DNA of 64,000 bases, from the NCBI GenBank assembly GCA_046329535.1, contig JAXLUN010000001.1, forward strand, positions 66,856 to 130,855. The letters are read 5' to 3'. The position numbers and the translations under genes were made by a program. This DNA comes from Chitinophagales bacterium. GTDB lineage: Bacteria; Bacteroidota; Bacteroidia; Chitinophagales; LD1. Positions 39,428 to 48,399 of the stretch are shown piece by piece (the first letter of the stretch is position 1; every line of letters starts with the position of its first letter). Below the pieces are notes generated by a model. That model saw nothing but the letters and a program-made list of their open reading frames with translations, ran no database searches and was not told the DNA's origin.

Positions 39428-39916
39428 ATGAAAAGTATTCTGTTTGCTGGTCTTTTTCTGTTGAGTTCTATTTGCTCTTATTCTCAAATAAGCGATGCTG
39501 AAATGGATACGGTTGATATGTTAATTGAAGCTACGCCAGTAATTGATTTATGCGTAGTCAATGCAAAAGAAGATGTGCGTTTTATGAGTAAAGCCCCTGA
39601 AAAGTATTCCAGCTATAAACAAGAGTTTATGAAACGCGCGTTGGCTGACCTCCGTTTTCCTGATTCCAGCCATTTTCATTGTGATATAGAAGTTGAAATC
39701 AACTGCCTAGGTAAAGCCGGCAACTATACCTTTGGTATTGAGCCTCGTACATTTAGTCGGGATGATTTTCAGAGCTTTAGACAGGTCATTAGTCTGGTAG
39801 AAGCGCTTCGGAATTTTACGTTTACTCCAGCAATCTATTTAGGCGAACAGGTGAATAGTAATGCCCATTTCAGGATTCAGATAAAGAATGGTGAAATGGA
39901 TATGATTAATCGGTGA
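39428..39916 (+). CDS. Hypothetical secreted protein
   Basis: Signal peptide MKSILFAGLFLLSSICSYSQ. The start is the ATG at 39428 (the track start is TTG at 39419). Confidence 0.55.
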   Translation: MKSILFAGLFLLSSICSYSQISDAEMDTVDMLIEATPVIDLCVVNAKEDVRFMSKAPEKYSSYKQEFMKRALADLRFPDSSHFHCDIEVEINCLGKAGNYTFGIEPRTFSRDDFQSFRQVISLVEALRNFTFTPAIYLGEQVNSNAHFRIQIKNGEMDMINR

Positions 39917-39982
39917 AAAAGTATCCGGTATGGCTTTATGTCTGGTATTGCATTAAGTGCTTTAAATTCTAAAGAGGTTTCC

Positions 39983-39990
39983 TATATTTG
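39983..39990 (+). promoter_or_regulatory. Bacteroidota -7 promoter element upstream of rpsA
   Basis: TATATTTG matches TAnnTTTG and lies 68 nt before the rpsA ATG. It is part of a 12-mer shared with the rpmB promoter. Confidence 0.45.
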
Positions 39991-40057
39991 CGCCCCATTT
40001 AAAAAACAACTAAACTCACTCACCGGGGTGAGAATAAATAACAACCGGATTTTTAAC

Positions 40058-41920
40058 ATGGAAGAAACAACTTTAGAAAACACTACCGGTCATGTAGCCA
40101 CACCGCACGATGACTTTGACTGGAATGTGGACAAACGCAATGTAGTTCGCTACAATGAAGCTGATCGTGTAAAGTATGACGCTCAGTATTCATCTACCTT
40201 GAAAACTATCGAGAACGATGAGATCGTAAAGGGAATTGTAGTGGCATTGACCAACACAGATGTAGTATTGAACATTGGATTTAAGTCAGATGGTCTGGTT
40301 CCCCTTTCAGAATTCCGCGATGTGGAAGATTTAAAAGCAGGCGATGAGTTTGATGTTTATGTAGTAAACAAGGAAGATAAAAAAGGTATCCTGCAGTTAA
40401 GCCGTAAAAATGCCCGAATGATTAAGGCTTGGGATGAAATTGTGGATGCGCACAAAACTGGTATTGTGGTTACCGGTAAAATCAGTTCTAAAACTAAAGG
40501 CGGTCTTATCGCTAATGTATTTGGATTGGAAACATTCCTTCCGGGTTCTCAAATTGATGTTAAACCGATTACCGATTACGATGTGTATGTTGGTAAAACC
40601 ATGGAGTTGAAAGTAGTTAAGATTAACGAAGCTATTAAAAATGCAGTTGTTTCTCATAAAGCATTGATTGAAAGCGATATCGAATCTCAACGCGAAGCTA
40701 TTATTGGTAAGTTGGAGAAAGGTCAGGTGTTGGAAGGTGTTATCAAGAATATCACTGACTTCGGTGCCTTTATCGATTTGGGTGGAGTAGATGGTTTACT
40801 TTACATTACCGATATTTCATGGGGCAGAATTGCACATCCTAAGGAAGTGCTTGAGCTGAACCAGAAGTTGAACGTGGTTGTATTGGATTACGATGACAAC
40901 AAAAAACGTATTTCATTAGGCTTAAAACAATTGCAACCACATCCATGGGATACTTTGGATAAAGACATTGAAATTGGAAGCAAAGTGAAAGGTAAAATCG
41001 TGAACATTGAAGATTACGGTTCTTTCCTTGAAATTACTCCTGGCGTAGAAGGTCTGATTCACGTATCAGAAGTAAGCTGGAGCAATACTCCAATCAACAG
41101 CCGTGAATACTTCAAATCAGGTGATGAACATGAGGCTATCGTTATGACTCTAGATCGCGAAGAAAGAAAGATGTCTCTTTCGTTAAAGCGTTTAACTGAA
41201 GATCCATGGATTAAGATTGCTGAAAAATTCCCTGTAGGAACAAAAACTAAGGGCGTGGTTAAAAACATTACTCCTTATGGTGTATTTGTTGAGTTAGCTG
41301 ATGGTATTGGTGGTATGGTTCATATCAGTGATTTGTCATGGACTAAACGTTATAACCACCCAACTGAGTTTACCAAAGTTGGTAATGAGCTGGATGTAGT
41401 TGTAATGGATATTGATAATGACAACCGTAAACTAACCCTTGGTCACAAACAAATTGAAGAAGATCCATGGGATTCATTTGAAAATGTATTTCCTATCGGT
41501 TCGGTACATGAAGCAACTGTTTTGAGTGCTGATGATAAAGGAGCCATTGTTCTGTTGCCTTATGGCCTGGAAGCATTTGCTCCTAAGAAACATTTAGCTA
41601 AAGAATCAGGTGGTTTTGTAGGTGCTGATGAGAAAGCAGAATTCAAGGTGATTGAGTTTAATAGAAACGATAAGAGAATTTTAGTGTCTCATGCACGTAT
41701 CTGGGAAGAAGTAAAACATGAAGCCATTGAGGCAGAGAAGAACGAGAAAAAAGCTGAACGTGAAAAAACAGCTAAAACCGTTAAGAATCTGCAGAAGAAT
41801 GTTGAAAAAACAACTCTGGGTGACTTGAGCGCTTTAAGCGATCTTAAAACTAAGATGGATAACAAAGCTGCCGGTGATGCAAAGGAAGCTTCTGCCGCAG
41901 AAGAAAAGAGTGCTGAATAA
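40058..41920 (+). CDS. rpsA: 30S ribosomal protein S1
   Basis: Six S1 (OB-fold) repeats, for example GVIKNITDFGAFIDLGGVDGLLYITDISW. I trimmed the start to the ATG at 40058 because the upstream 40 codons in the track contain the promoter motif. Confidence 0.93.
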   Translation: MEETTLENTTGHVATPHDDFDWNVDKRNVVRYNEADRVKYDAQYSSTLKTIENDEIVKGIVVALTNTDVVLNIGFKSDGLVPLSEFRDVEDLKAGDEFDVYVVNKEDKKGILQLSRKNARMIKAWDEIVDAHKTGIVVTGKISSKTKGGLIANVFGLETFLPGSQIDVKPITDYDVYVGKTMELKVVKINEAIKNAVVSHKALIESDIESQREAIIGKLEKGQVLEGVIKNITDFGAFIDLGGVDGLLYITDISWGRIAHPKEVLELNQKLNVVVLDYDDNKKRISLGLKQLQPHPWDTLDKDIEIGSKVKGKIVNIEDYGSFLEITPGVEGLIHVSEVSWSNTPINSREYFKSGDEHEAIVMTLDREERKMSLSLKRLTEDPWIKIAEKFPVGTKTKGVVKNITPYGVFVELADGIGGMVHISDLSWTKRYNHPTEFTKVGNELDVVVMDIDNDNRKLTLGHKQIEEDPWDSFENVFPIGSVHEATVLSADDKGAIVLLPYGLEAFAPKKHLAKESGGFVGADEKAEFKVIEFNRNDKRILVSHARIWEEVKHEAIEAEKNEKKAEREKTAKTVKNLQKNVEKTTLGDLSALSDLKTKMDNKAAGDAKEASAAEEKSAE

Positions 41921-41940
41921 TTGTAAGCCTTTTTCACAAT

Positions 41941-41977
41941 AAAAAATCCCGCCCCGATAAAGGCGGGATTTTTTTTA
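41941..41977. terminator. Bidirectional intrinsic terminator between rpsA and rocD
   Basis: AATCCCGCC (41945-41953) pairs with GGCGGGATT (41962-41970). It is flanked by A6 on the left and T8 on the right. Confidence 0.8.
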
Positions 41978-43210
41978 CCCCTGATATTCACTGAAGCATT
42001 TTCGAATAATGTTCAGGCTTTCATCTATCTGCTCTTTGGTTATGCAAAGAGGAGGCGCAAGTCGGATAATATAGTGGTGGGTAGGTTTGGCTAGCAACCC
42101 ATGCTCCATAAATTTAAGACATAAATCCCAACCACAGTTCTCATCGGAAGTATTTAGCACAATGGCATTTAGTAAACCCTTACCTCGTATTTGTTTAATT
42201 AAGGGATGCTTAATTTTCTCCAGTTCATTTCGGAAATACTTCCCTAAATAGAAAGCATTGTAAACCAAATTTTCGTCCTTGATTACCTGTAATGCCGCCA
42301 TAGCAACCTTACTGGCTAACGGGTTGCCTCCGTATGTAGAACCATGTTCACCTGGTTTAATATTCATCATTACAGGGTCATCACATAGCACTGCTGATAC
42401 AGGAATTGTGCCACCACTTAACGCCTTACCCAGAATTAAAATATCTGGTCGAACATCATCCCAGTCGCATGCAAGCATCTTTCCGGTTCTACCTAATCCC
42501 GTTTGCACTTCATCTGCAATAAACAATACCCCGGCCTTTTCGCAAAGGAATTTTGCTTTTGCCAGATAGTTTTCATCCGGAACAACTACACCCGCTTCAC
42601 CCTGTATTGGCTCCACCATGAATCCGCATACATCTGCGTCTTCTAGTGCTGTGCTTAGTGCTTTTAAGTCGTTGTAAGGAATTGTAACAAAGTTTGGAAC
42701 ATAAGGCCCGAATCCTTTGTAGCTGGACGGGTCAGTGGAGGCAGAAATAGCAAGCAAAGTGCGTCCGTGAAAATTATTTTCTGGCACAATGATTTTTGCC
42801 TTTTTATCTTTTATACCTTTTACCTCATATCCCCATCTTCGGGCTAGCTTAATGGCTGTTTCAACGGCTTCAACTCCTGTATTCATCGGCAATACCTTAT
42901 CATATCCAAAGTATTCGGTTATGTATTTCTCATATTCTCCCAATACAGAATTATGAAATGCGCGTGAGGTAAGTGTAAGTTTTTCAGCTTGCTTTTTTAA
43001 TACATCAACAATTAATTGGTGACAATGCCCTTGGTTTACTGCTGAGTAGGCAGAAAGAAAGTCGTAATAGCGCTTTCCATCAATATCCCATAAATAGACC
43101 CCTCGCCCCCTTTCTAGTACAACCGGAAGAGGGTGATAATTGTGAGCTCCGAACTTTTCTTCGAGTTCTATTAACTGTTCCGCACGGCTAAGTGATGTTT
43201 CTATAGACAT
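41975..43210 (-). CDS. rocD: Ornithine aminotransferase
   Basis: [42 protein letters not shown] and a class-III aminotransferase layout. Confidence 0.88.
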   Translation of the reverse strand: MSIETSLSRAEQLIELEEKFGAHNYHPLPVVLERGRGVYLWDIDGKRYYDFLSAYSAVNQGHCHQLIVDVLKKQAEKLTLTSRAFHNSVLGEYEKYITEYFGYDKVLPMNTGVEAVETAIKLARRWGYEVKGIKDKKAKIIVPENNFHGRTLLAISASTDPSSYKGFGPYVPNFVTIPYNDLKALSTALEDADVCGFMVEPIQGEAGVVVPDENYLAKAKFLCEKAGVLFIADEVQTGLGRTGKMLACDWDDVRPDILILGKALSGGTIPVSAVLCDDPVMMNIKPGEHGSTYGGNPLASKVAMAALQVIKDENLVYNAFYLGKYFRNELEKIKHPLIKQIRGKGLLNAIVLNTSDENCGWDLCLKFMEHGLLAKPTHHYIIRLAPPLCITKEQIDESLNIIRKCFSEYQG

Positions 43211-43453
43211 GATTTGAGATTGTTAAGTTAAAAATATGAATTCCCTTCATAAAGCTTTTTTCAAAGAGAAAATCATCTAAAAGATGCCAGAAATATCCCT
43301 TGCGTTGCGCAGGAAAAATAAATTGAAAATAAAGTTCGATTGACATACTAGAGCTGTTAAATAAGCGTTTTGCGGACCGCTACGAGCATGGAGTAAGAAA
43401 AATATGAGGAATTGTCGTTTATTTGCAGTCCCAAATTAACTCAAGTAATAAGT

Positions 43454-43657
43454 ATGAACCTAAAGGAAAAAATACAGGTAATTGAGAAAGACTCTGAAAT
43501 AATCAAAAAAGGTATTGGCAGAGTGGTAGAGAAATATCCTATGCCGATATCCATATTGGTTAGAGGAAACAAAACCGGTATGTCAGTAACGGTTGATGAG
43601 AATTTTGATAAGATACCGGATTCGGTATTTACTCAAAAGGTTCTAAGTCAAGTTTAA
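43454..43657 (+). CDS. Small hypothetical protein (67 aa)
   Basis: An ORF starting at the ATG at 43454 (the track start is TTG at 43412). No family recognised. The local sequence is AT-rich. Confidence 0.35.
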   Translation: MNLKEKIQVIEKDSEIIKKGIGRVVEKYPMPISILVRGNKTGMSVTVDENFDKIPDSVFTQKVLSQV

Positions 43658-43976
43658 TTCCTGCTCTTTTTACAAACTCATCTACGCTCATATCTATCCA
43701 TACATGCGATAGAGGGCTCGAGTTTAATATGAGTGCAACGGTATAGTGTTTATCCAGAAATGACTGGATGAGATTATCTGGTGTCGTGTTATGTATATTG
43801 GTCTCATAGGAGGTTATAAATGCCTTTCGTACAGTTTTATCGTATGGTGCTACAATAAACTCTCTCCATTCAAATTCAGAACCGTCAGAGAGAGTTATGG
43901 GAGTTTTGTATTCGCTGTTAAGATGATTTCTCAATCGTTTGGCCGCGGCAAGTGTTGTTTTAAATTCCTGATTCAT
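43629..43976 (-). CDS. Hypothetical protein (115 aa)
   Basis: An ATG-started ORF with no recognised family. It overlaps the convergent small ORF by 29 nt. Confidence 0.45.
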   Translation of the reverse strand: MNQEFKTTLAAAKRLRNHLNSEYKTPITLSDGSEFEWREFIVAPYDKTVRKAFITSYETNIHNTTPDNLIQSFLDKHYTVALILNSSPLSHVWIDMSVDEFVKRAGIKLDLEPFE

Positions 43977-44037
43977 TGGGCAAAGCTATAAAGATTTGTA
44001 TGGTAAAGGTTGAATATGATTATACGAATAGAAATGA

Positions 44038-44072
44038 ATCCGCCCGCAATGTATTATTACGGGCGGATTTTT
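44038..44072. terminator. Hairpin terminator downstream of gap
   Basis: ATCCGCCCG (44038-44046) pairs with CGGGCGGAT (44060-44068). A T-run follows on the plus side, and TCATTTC follows on the minus side. Confidence 0.55.
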
Positions 44073-44078
44073 ATGAAT

Positions 44079-45527
44079 TTAATAGTAAACAAGTCTTCTA
44101 ACGTCTGCTAAATGCTTGGCCAGGCGAATAACCTGGGCGGTGTATCCGTATTCATTATCGTACCAAGCATAAACCACCACTCGCTTGCCATCTTCCGAAA
44201 CAATGGTCGCCTTGCTGTCAATTTCTAATGCATGACTGTTACCAACCACATCGCTGGATACTAATTCTTCCGATATGGAGTAATCAATCTGCTCAACCAG
44301 TTTGCCATAGAGTGATGCATTACGTAGAAAACTGTTTACTTCTTCGACAGTAGTAGCTTTCTTAACTGTCAGGCTCAGAATGGCTAGGGATACATTAGGA
44401 ACCGGTACACGAACAGCGTTGGATGTAAGTTTTCCTTTCATGTTAGGAAATATCTTAGTTACTGCTTTCCCTGCACCAGTTTCGGTAATTACCATATTAA
44501 TTGGAGCCCCACGTCCTCTACGCGATTTTTTGTGATAGTTATCCAGAAGATTCTGATCATTGGTATAAGCATGTACGGTTTCAATATGCCCTTGTTCAAT
44601 ACCTAAAGAGCTTTCAATGACATCAATTACCGGAACAATGGCATTGGTTGTGCAGGATGCGGCAGAGAAAATCTTGCCAGAGGCTCCGTTGTAATTCTGA
44701 TGATTTACTCCGTAAACAATATTTGGAATGTCGCCTTTACTTGGAGCTGTTAGAATAACCATGCCTGCCCCCTTTGATTTGAGGTGTTCTCCTAACCCTT
44801 TTTCATCGCGCCAAACTCCGGTATTATCTATAATTATGGCATCGTTTATTCCGTATGTAGTATAATCAATCTCTGATGGAGAGGAGGCTGAAATCATTTT
44901 TACCGTGTGTCCGTTGATATTAATGGCACCGTTTTCTACATCAGGTACTACCACCCCTTCAAACTTACCATGAACAGAATCTTTGCGAAGGAGACTGGCT
45001 CTTTTCGGTAAGTCATCAGTGGAGCGCTCGCGGGTAACTATCCCCTTCAGACGGAGTTGATGTCCTGAGCCTGCATGATCCATTAGAATGCGAGCGGCTA
45101 AACGTCCAATTCGCCCAAACCCATACAATACAACATCACGAGGAATGAGAATCTTCTTATCAGCTCCGATGAAGGATGTCAGTTTGGCTTTGACAAACTC
45201 GTCAACACTTGAATAGTTCTTACCTTCTGTGTGATATTCACTGGATAGTCTGCCAAGGTCAATTTTGGAAGGAGCAATATTCAGCTTAGAGATAGCCTGC
45301 GCTAATGCCAAAGAAAGAGCAGTACTTAGTTTTACTTCTGCAAACTGTGACAAGTAATTATGGTCATGAATGATTTCGCTTAGCTTCTTGTCAAAAAATT
45401 TTCTGCGAAATAAAACCAGTTCAATATCTTTTTCAAGTAACAATTTACTGGCAACATGTTGCAGTTCAAGGGTGGTTTTTTCATTGTCTACCCACTGTTT
45501 CAACTCCTGTTCATACGATTGCGGCAT
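44079..45527 (-). CDS. gap: Glyceraldehyde-3-phosphate dehydrogenase, long (~480 aa) form
   Basis: GFGRIGR Rossmann motif and the catalytic SCTTNA block. I trimmed the start to the ATG at 45527 (MPQSYEQ...). Confidence 0.88.
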   Translation of the reverse strand: MPQSYEQELKQWVDNEKTTLELQHVASKLLLEKDIELVLFRRKFFDKKLSEIIHDHNYLSQFAEVKLSTALSLALAQAISKLNIAPSKIDLGRLSSEYHTEGKNYSSVDEFVKAKLTSFIGADKKILIPRDVVLYGFGRIGRLAARILMDHAGSGHQLRLKGIVTRERSTDDLPKRASLLRKDSVHGKFEGVVVPDVENGAININGHTVKMISASSPSEIDYTTYGINDAIIIDNTGVWRDEKGLGEHLKSKGAGMVILTAPSKGDIPNIVYGVNHQNYNGASGKIFSAASCTTNAIVPVIDVIESSLGIEQGHIETVHAYTNDQNLLDNYHKKSRRGRGAPINMVITETGAGKAVTKIFPNMKGKLTSNAVRVPVPNVSLAILSLTVKKATTVEEVNSFLRNASLYGKLVEQIDYSISEELVSSDVVGNSHALEIDSKATIVSEDGKRVVVYAWYDNEYGYTAQVIRLAKHLADVRRLVYY

Positions 45528-45644
45528 AACTAAAGTTAGTTTAAATAATAATGATGAAATGGTGAAAAAAGGCGGTGCGAATATGATAAGAATTCGCAAA
45601 TGAAGAGGGATGAAATTAGACACTGAAAATAAGTAGGTGTTTTG

Positions 45645-46514
45645 TCAGGCGCACAAGTAGTCTTTAAGCAAAGAACTTCTGGTATTTGCCTTTAACTTAA
45701 GTAAGGCTTTATCTTTTATTTGCCTAACCCGCTCTCTGGTAAGATTGTATTTATTGCCAATTTCTTCCAGCGATAATGTATTGTGATTACCTATTCCAAA
45801 GTATAGCTTGATTACCTCCGCCTCTTTTTCTTTTAAGACAGATAACGACATTTCAATTTCACTTCTTAGGGATTCTGTGAAAACAATATTTTTATCTGTC
45901 TGCTCTACATTTACATCTTCTATCACATCTAGTAGTGAATTTTCCTTGTCGTTTGAAAAAGGGGCATCTACAGATACATAGATCACAGACAGACCCATAG
46001 TATCCTCTATTTCCTCTAGCTCTAGATGCAAAAGACTGGCTATTTCATCAGCCGTAGGCTCTCTCTCGTATTCTTGCTCCAGTTGTGCAAATGCTTTGTT
46101 GATGCGATTTAGTGAGCCTACTTTGTTTTGAGGCAAGTGAATGATTCTAGCCTGTTCAGCTAAAGCCTGCAATATGGATTGCCTAATCCACCAAACTGCG
46201 TAGGTTATAAATTTGAAACCGCGTGTTTCGTCAAACTTTTCAGCTGCTTTGATAAGGCCAAGATTACCTTCATTAATTAAATCCGGCAATGTTAATCCTT
46301 GGTTTTGATACTGTTTAGCCACAGAAACAACAAAGCGTAGATTGGCAGTGGTGAGCTTTTCCAAAGCATTAGTATCTCCCTCCCTTATCTTTTTAGCTAA
46401 TTCCACTTCTTCGTGAGCGGTAATCATTTCAACCCGACCAATTTCCTGTAAGTATTTTTCCAGCGAAGCACTTTCGCGGCTGGTAATACTTTTCGAAATT
46501 TTTAACTGCCTCAT
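45645..46514 (-). CDS. rpoD: Primary RNA polymerase sigma factor (sigma-70 family, short Bacteroidota type)
   Basis: The sequence shows region 2 ([10 protein letters not shown]) and region 4 ([14 protein letters not shown]). The 289-aa length is typical of Bacteroidota sigma A. Confidence 0.88.
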   Translation of the reverse strand: MRQLKISKSITSRESASLEKYLQEIGRVEMITAHEEVELAKKIREGDTNALEKLTTANLRFVVSVAKQYQNQGLTLPDLINEGNLGLIKAAEKFDETRGFKFITYAVWWIRQSILQALAEQARIIHLPQNKVGSLNRINKAFAQLEQEYEREPTADEIASLLHLELEEIEDTMGLSVIYVSVDAPFSNDKENSLLDVIEDVNVEQTDKNIVFTESLRSEIEMSLSVLKEKEAEVIKLYFGIGNHNTLSLEEIGNKYNLTRERVRQIKDKALLKLKANTRSSLLKDYLCA

Positions 46515-46691
46515 AATGAAGATAGAGTTGGTATGGGTGGTATAAAATTTAGAATGCCAGTTGAAATATTTTTAGAATAATCAAAAATAAATAAATGGAA
46601 TCCTAAAGTAAGTGATAATTTCAGATGACATAGTTTTTTGGTCAGATATTTTAGAGCAGAATCTTTGATTTTATGTATTGGAAAACAATTG

Positions 46692-46723
46692 TTTGGAATT
46701 TCGGGGATATTCTTACATATTTG
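46692..46723 (+). promoter_or_regulatory. Candidate promoter of the rpmB-rpmG-DUF4295 operon
   Basis: A -33-like TTTG (46692-46695) lies 20 nt before CATATTTG (46716-46723), which has one mismatch to TAnnTTTG. Confidence 0.4.
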
Positions 46724-46743
46724 CGCCCTCTAAAAAGAAAACT

Positions 46744-46986
46744 ATGAGCAAAGTTTGTGAATTGACAGGTAAACGTCCGATGTTTGGTAACTCCGTATCG
46801 CACTCAAACGCCAAGACTAGACGTAAGTTTATGCCTAATTTGAAAAAGAAAAAATTCTTTATCCCTGAGTTGGATGAGTGGATTGAATTGAAAATTTCTG
46901 TTTCTGCTTTACGTACAATCAATAAAAAAGGTATCTATAATTACCTGAAAGATTTGAGTGCCAAAGGCGAAATTAAATTGAATTAA
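46744..46986 (+). CDS. rpmB: 50S ribosomal protein L28
   Basis: MSKVCELTGKRPMFGNSVSHSNAKTRRKFMPNL is the canonical L28 N-terminus. I trimmed the start to the ATG at 46744. Confidence 0.93.
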   Translation: MSKVCELTGKRPMFGNSVSHSNAKTRRKFMPNLKKKKFFIPELDEWIELKISVSALRTINKKGIYNYLKDLSAKGEIKLN

Positions 46987-47009
46987 TAAACGTAGAATAA
47001 CATATAGAA

Positions 47010-47198
47010 ATGGCAAATAAATCAAAAGGTAACAGAATACAGGTTATTCTGGAGTGCACAGAGCAAAAAGAAACGGATGTTCCGGGAACTAGCCGTTATA
47101 TGACTTACAAAAACCGTAAAACTACTACGGAGAGATTGGAGTTGAGAAAGTTCAATCCGAATCTTAAGAAGGTTACATTACATAAAGAAATCAAATAA
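47010..47198 (+). CDS. rpmG: 50S ribosomal protein L33
   Basis: 62 aa. The sequence ...[32 protein letters not shown] is L33-like. Confidence 0.9.
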   Translation: MANKSKGNRIQVILECTEQKETDVPGTSRYMTYKNRKTTTERLELRKFNPNLKKVTLHKEIK

Positions 47199-47205
47199 TT
47201 GACTC

Positions 47206-47376
47206 ATGGCAAAAATTTCGAAAAACGCAAGAACTGACCGTGCTACTGTAGCAGGTTCTAAAGATTACGTTAAAGTAATTAAGGCGGTAAAATCAAAAAC
47301 TAACAATTACTCTTTCCTTGAAAAAATTGTTCATAAGGACAAGGTACAAGATTTTCTTGCCGGCAAAGAGGTATAG
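47206..47376 (+). CDS. DUF4295-like small protein (56 aa)
   Basis: It is not in the ORF track because it is under 60 aa. My translation is MAKISKNARTDRATVAGSKDYVKVIKAVKSKTNNYSFLEKIVHKDKVQDFLAGKEV, with stop TAG at 47374-47376. Both its position after rpmG and its sequence pattern match the small conserved Bacteroidota family. Confidence 0.7.
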   Translation: MAKISKNARTDRATVAGSKDYVKVIKAVKSKTNNYSFLEKIVHKDKVQDFLAGKEV

Positions 47377-47399
47377 TTTTGTGCAAATATTATTTCATA

Positions 47400-47429
47400 A
47401 AGCATCTTTCGCCTGAAAGATGCTTTTTT
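47400..47429 (+). terminator. Rho-independent terminator of the rpmB operon
   Basis: AAGCATCTTTC, GCCT loop, GAAAGATGCTT, followed by a T-run. Confidence 0.8.
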
Positions 47430-47442
47430 AGTTTTTAAGAAA

Positions 47443-48399
47443 ATGGGGCTATTCAGTTTTTTTACCAAGGAAAAGAAGGATGATCTGGACAAGGGTTTAG
47501 AGAAAACCAAAGAAGGCTTTTTCGCTAAAATTACACGAGCTGTTGCCGGTAAATCAAAAATAGATGATGAGGTTCTGGATAATCTGGAAGAGGCGCTTAT
47601 TTCTTCGGATGTAGGTTTAGAAACCACTATCAAAATTATTAAGAGGATTGAAGCCAGAGCAGCCAATGATAAGTTTGTTTCATCAGCCGAAATGAATCAG
47701 TTGATTAAACATGAGATAGAGCTTATTTTGGCTGAAAATAAGAACCGGGACGAAGAAAATTTTGATTTGCCCGAAGGGCACAAACCACATGTTATTATGG
47801 TAGTTGGTGTGAATGGTGCAGGTAAAACAACTACTATTGGTAAGTTGAGTTATCAGTTTAAAAACAATGGCAAAAAAGTGTTGCTTGGCGCTGCAGACAC
47901 ATTCCGAGCAGCTGCAGTTGATCAGTTAGATGTATGGGCGAAGCGCAGCGATGTGGAAATTGTAAAAGGACAGCATAATGCAGATCCGGCTTCCGTTGCA
48001 TATCAAGCTGTGGAAAGAGGGGTGGCGATAGGTGCAGATGTGGTGATTATTGATACAGCCGGCCGATTACATAACCGGATTGATTTAATGAACGAATTGT
48101 CTAAGATCAGAAAGGTTATGCAAAAAGTGGTACCTGATGCACCACATGAAGTTCTTCTTGTTCTGGATGGGTCAACTGGACAAAATGCTATTGAGCAAGC
48201 CCGCCACTTCACGGCCGCTACTCAGGTAACGGCTCTGGCCATTACCAAATTGGACGGTACTGCGAAAGGAGGTGTTGTGTTGGGTATTTCTGACCAGTTT
48301 CATATTCCGGTTAAATATATTGGTGTAGGAGAAGCTATTGACAAGCTTCAGGTATTCAATAAGAAGTTGTTTGTAGAGTCACTATTTAAAGGTGCTTAA
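47443..48399 (+). CDS. ftsY: Signal recognition particle receptor FtsY
   Basis: SRP-GTPase motifs GVNGAGKTTT, DTAGR and TKLDGTAKGG. Confidence 0.93.
   Translation: MGLFSFFTKEKKDDLDKGLEKTKEGFFAKITRAVAGKSKIDDEVLDNLEEALISSDVGLETTIKIIKRIEARAANDKFVSSAEMNQLIKHEIELILAENKNRDEENFDLPEGHKPHVIMVVGVNGAGKTTTIGKLSYQFKNNGKKVLLGAADTFRAAAVDQLDVWAKRSDVEIVKGQHNADPASVAYQAVERGVAIGADVVIIDTAGRLHNRIDLMNELSKIRKVMQKVVPDAPHEVLLVLDGSTGQNAIEQARHFTAATQVTALAITKLDGTAKGGVVLGISDQFHIPVKYIGVGEAIDKLQVFNKKLFVESLFKGA

Noticed and set aside
39938-40057. 5' extensions of track ORFs for rpsA (39938), gap (45623), rpmB (46678), the thioredoxin-like gene (17787), the reductase (17705) and the PafA-like gene (57648)
   Set aside because: The extensions add non-conserved, often hydrophobic residues before canonical N-termini. 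They also contain promoter motifs or overlap the divergent neighbour. Internal ATG codons give textbook N-termini.
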